A stretch of 64,000 nucleotides of DNA from Amphiscolops sp. MND2022 (lineage: Eukaryota). Positions 61,480-64,000 of the stretch are shown here, piece by piece. The notes under the pieces are model-generated. The model searched no databases. It was given only the letters and a program-made list of their open reading frames with translations, and was not told the origin of the DNA. Location of the stretch: positions 46,936,001 through 47,000,000 of the forward strand of contig OZ076409.1 in the NCBI GenBank assembly GCA_964187785.1, written 5' to 3'. The number at the start of each line of letters is the position of its first letter. Position 1 is the first letter of the stretch. Made by a program: the position numbers and the translations under genes.

Positions 61480-61915
61480 TGTAACATTCCATGTCACGAT
61501 CGGAATGCTGAAAGCAAAGTCCAAGTGAGATAGCCCGTGTAAATTAGTCTCCTAATCTCCTAATCACCCCTCAATCATTTAACGACCCCACATTCCTTTA
61601 TTGAACTGTAAACTTTAAAACTTATCTTAAAGTCAAAATGGCGCTAACCGATGTCATTTATTATTGATTACTACTGAAAAGTGAATGAAGGGAAGAATTC
61701 AAATAGATATGACAGTAGATAAGCGAAAAACACATTTAAAATATGGAGAGCAAGAGAGAGAGAAATAAATCGTATTCTGCACTAACCAGTTTTGGTGAGA
61801 ACTTAAAGGAGCAAGTCAAACCGCGGAGCCCCGCATCCATAGAGCATTTTCAACAATCATCTGAAAACTTCCAAATATTAAGTACCCGCTCTAGCTGAAG
61901 AAGAAGGATATGATA
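61480..61915 (+). repeat. 3' LTR (436 bp)
   Basis: 5 substitutions versus the 5' LTR by manual comparison; followed by attta. Confidence 0.95.
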
Positions 61916-64000
61916 ATTTAGGAGTCATTATACACCCAAAGGTGCTCCGGCGTGCGCAATGGCATCAAAATCATATGACTAGGATCTGAGAACGATAGCC
62001 AATAATAATCCAAAATGACAAAATACGTAATTTGTTTTCTAGTGTTCTAATCCGTTTTCGACTCTCTGGCACCGCACACGCGTCTCTGGCCTGTTTTGCA
62101 GTATCGTATCTGCACATATGTTACAGCCGATTTCACTCCACCCGATTTCACAAAATATGTGTCCGTCATCAGAGCAAGCGTTCCATATCGTTCGAGACTG
62201 TTGGTTTTGGGCCTTTAGCCAACACAAAGATCAGAGGGTTGAAAATCTATTTACGAATTTAATGATTGATTCCTCATTGATTTTTCTCATTTTGGGAAGT
62301 CTTGGTGTAGACATCTTTGATGGAATAATGGCTTTCGTCAGTGAGTTGAGAGTTAGTTTTTCACTGTTGTTTTGAAGTCCAGTCTTGCTTTTTCGATGGT
62401 CGTACGAAGGGTTCAGTTTCTATTTCATCTGTACATACGCATCTATGATGGCACCATATTTTATGTGACAATAGCTTCCCTCTAGGCCATGGAGAATGTA
62501 AAATTATCACATTGGACAGTTCACAAGGTTTTTCTTTCGCGTTCCAGCTGAATCGACAGCCAACTATATCCCGAGATTTATATTTCGTCTAAATGAGTCG
62601 AACTTCTTGAACTCAAACTTGCACGAATCCTTAGCAAAAAATATTTTGAAATTTTTTGGTGAGTGTTTTGAGAACACTTTTTGTGCAGTTTTAGTAGTGG
62701 TAAAGGCTTCAGTGGCGGAGCCCCAAGGGCCTCGGAGCCGGAGACTGTATCGATAACTGGATTTGTGCTTTTCATAGCAGTTCCCATAAATATTGAATCC
62801 GCAGAAAATTTTCGTGCAACTGATGTCTTCTGAGTATTGTCCAGACGAGTACCAGTAGAATGTTTGCAGCCGCCGTTTTAGACCTTCAGGTTCGTTAATG
62901 TTGACATACTTGGTAGGAATTTTAGTCTATAGTGGAGTCCTGTACCAAAATGTGTTTTGTCCACCAGAGAAGTTTTGTCAGAGGACTGTCTTGAACTTTC
63001 TACCAAATCTACGAATTCTTTCAAATTTACTTCAAACTTGCCGTCCATGACTCCTGCTGACATGGGCAGTATGCATCTCGTTACAGAGGCTAACTGGTGA
63101 GATATTCAGAATAATAGCAGCTTCTTGTGGCAATTTTGTATTTACATTCACGGAGACTACATGCTTTCTTGCATCTCATAGCAGCTTGTTCTTTTCACGT
63201 TAATTTGCTTGTGATATCTTCCAAAGCCCTTCTGATCTATTACGGACTCGGACTCATCGGTCAGTGGAACGCTCAATTCACCTGTAAGTGACAGGAAAGT
63301 GCATTTTCTTCGTTTCAACCAGTGTTATGTTCAGACCTGGACGACACCCGGAAATCGAATAGTATTTTCGATCTCATGGGGGACGTCGTTAACCATCAGA
63401 CCATTCGGAACATAAAGGTCCAAATAGAGAGCTCTGCGGAACGCCACTGCTCACAGCAAGTGCATTCGTGACATAACAGTCGATGGTGACATTTCGCTTT
63501 TTGTTTAGTTCTGCATGACTCGTAATAACTTTCCACCTACTCCATGGTGTTTGCATAGTTCAGAAGACTGCAGTACTGAGTCGAAAGCTTTCAGAAAGTC
63601 AAGATATAATACTTACAGTTCTTTGTTCTGAGGAGATACTGAAGTGTTCGTAAACATCATTCGAGATCATTGGAGTTATCACATATTTCTTTTTACATAA
63701 GCCATTTTGATCTTGAATTTCACATGTTGGTATAGATCATCGAAGATGTTTTTCTCGAATACGTTCGAGGTAGAACATGAGTGACTGACAGGCATATATT
63801 TTTTTCATCAGTACGATGAAACAGCGACTTTCTTAGTGATGACGATATCACATATCCGGTTTTTCAGGAGAATATCACAGAGGCCGTCAGATGCTGAGGC
63901 TCTTTTCAAGTGGAGCAGCACGTTTGTTGAAACCAAAAATTAGATGTTAAGTTCTTTCGAAGTTCCAATCGACTGGATCATCGTGTTGATGCACATTGAT

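Larger units (their letters stand above)
48407..61915 (+). mobile_element. Full-length env-bearing Ty3/Gypsy LTR retrotransposon (13509 bp) with accessory genes
   Basis: Paired LTRs, TSD attta, PBS, gag-PR-RT-RH-IN order, env. Confidence 0.96.

Overview
Eukaryotic (animal-type, intron-containing), AT-rich, transposon-saturated window. Two host genes are recognisable and point away from each other. A PPM1A/B-like PP2C phosphatase has two coding exons at 5626-5025 (minus). An IBA57-like gene has one coding exon at 37200-37547 (plus). The rest is mostly nested mobile DNA: Helentron-associated non-autonomous elements (HINE/DINE-1-like), several GG-ended MITE families with 8-9 bp TSDs that share one hairpin-rich core, decayed APE-type LINEs, PHD-bearing CRE-clade retrotransposons, a hAT transposon and a near-identical 9.35-kb tandem duplication (14873-33584). 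The highlight is a 13.5-kb full-length Ty3/Gypsy retrovirus-like element (48407-61915) with 436-bp LTRs differing at 5 positions by my count, a TSD and a PBS. Besides gag/pol it carries a pseudo-dUTPase-like segment, a TARG1/OARD1-type macrodomain, an intact antisense KDM2/7-like JmjC ORF, a small Cys-rich membrane ORF and an intact F-type (class I fusion) envelope gene. All family assignments come from motif recognition by eye; no searches were run.
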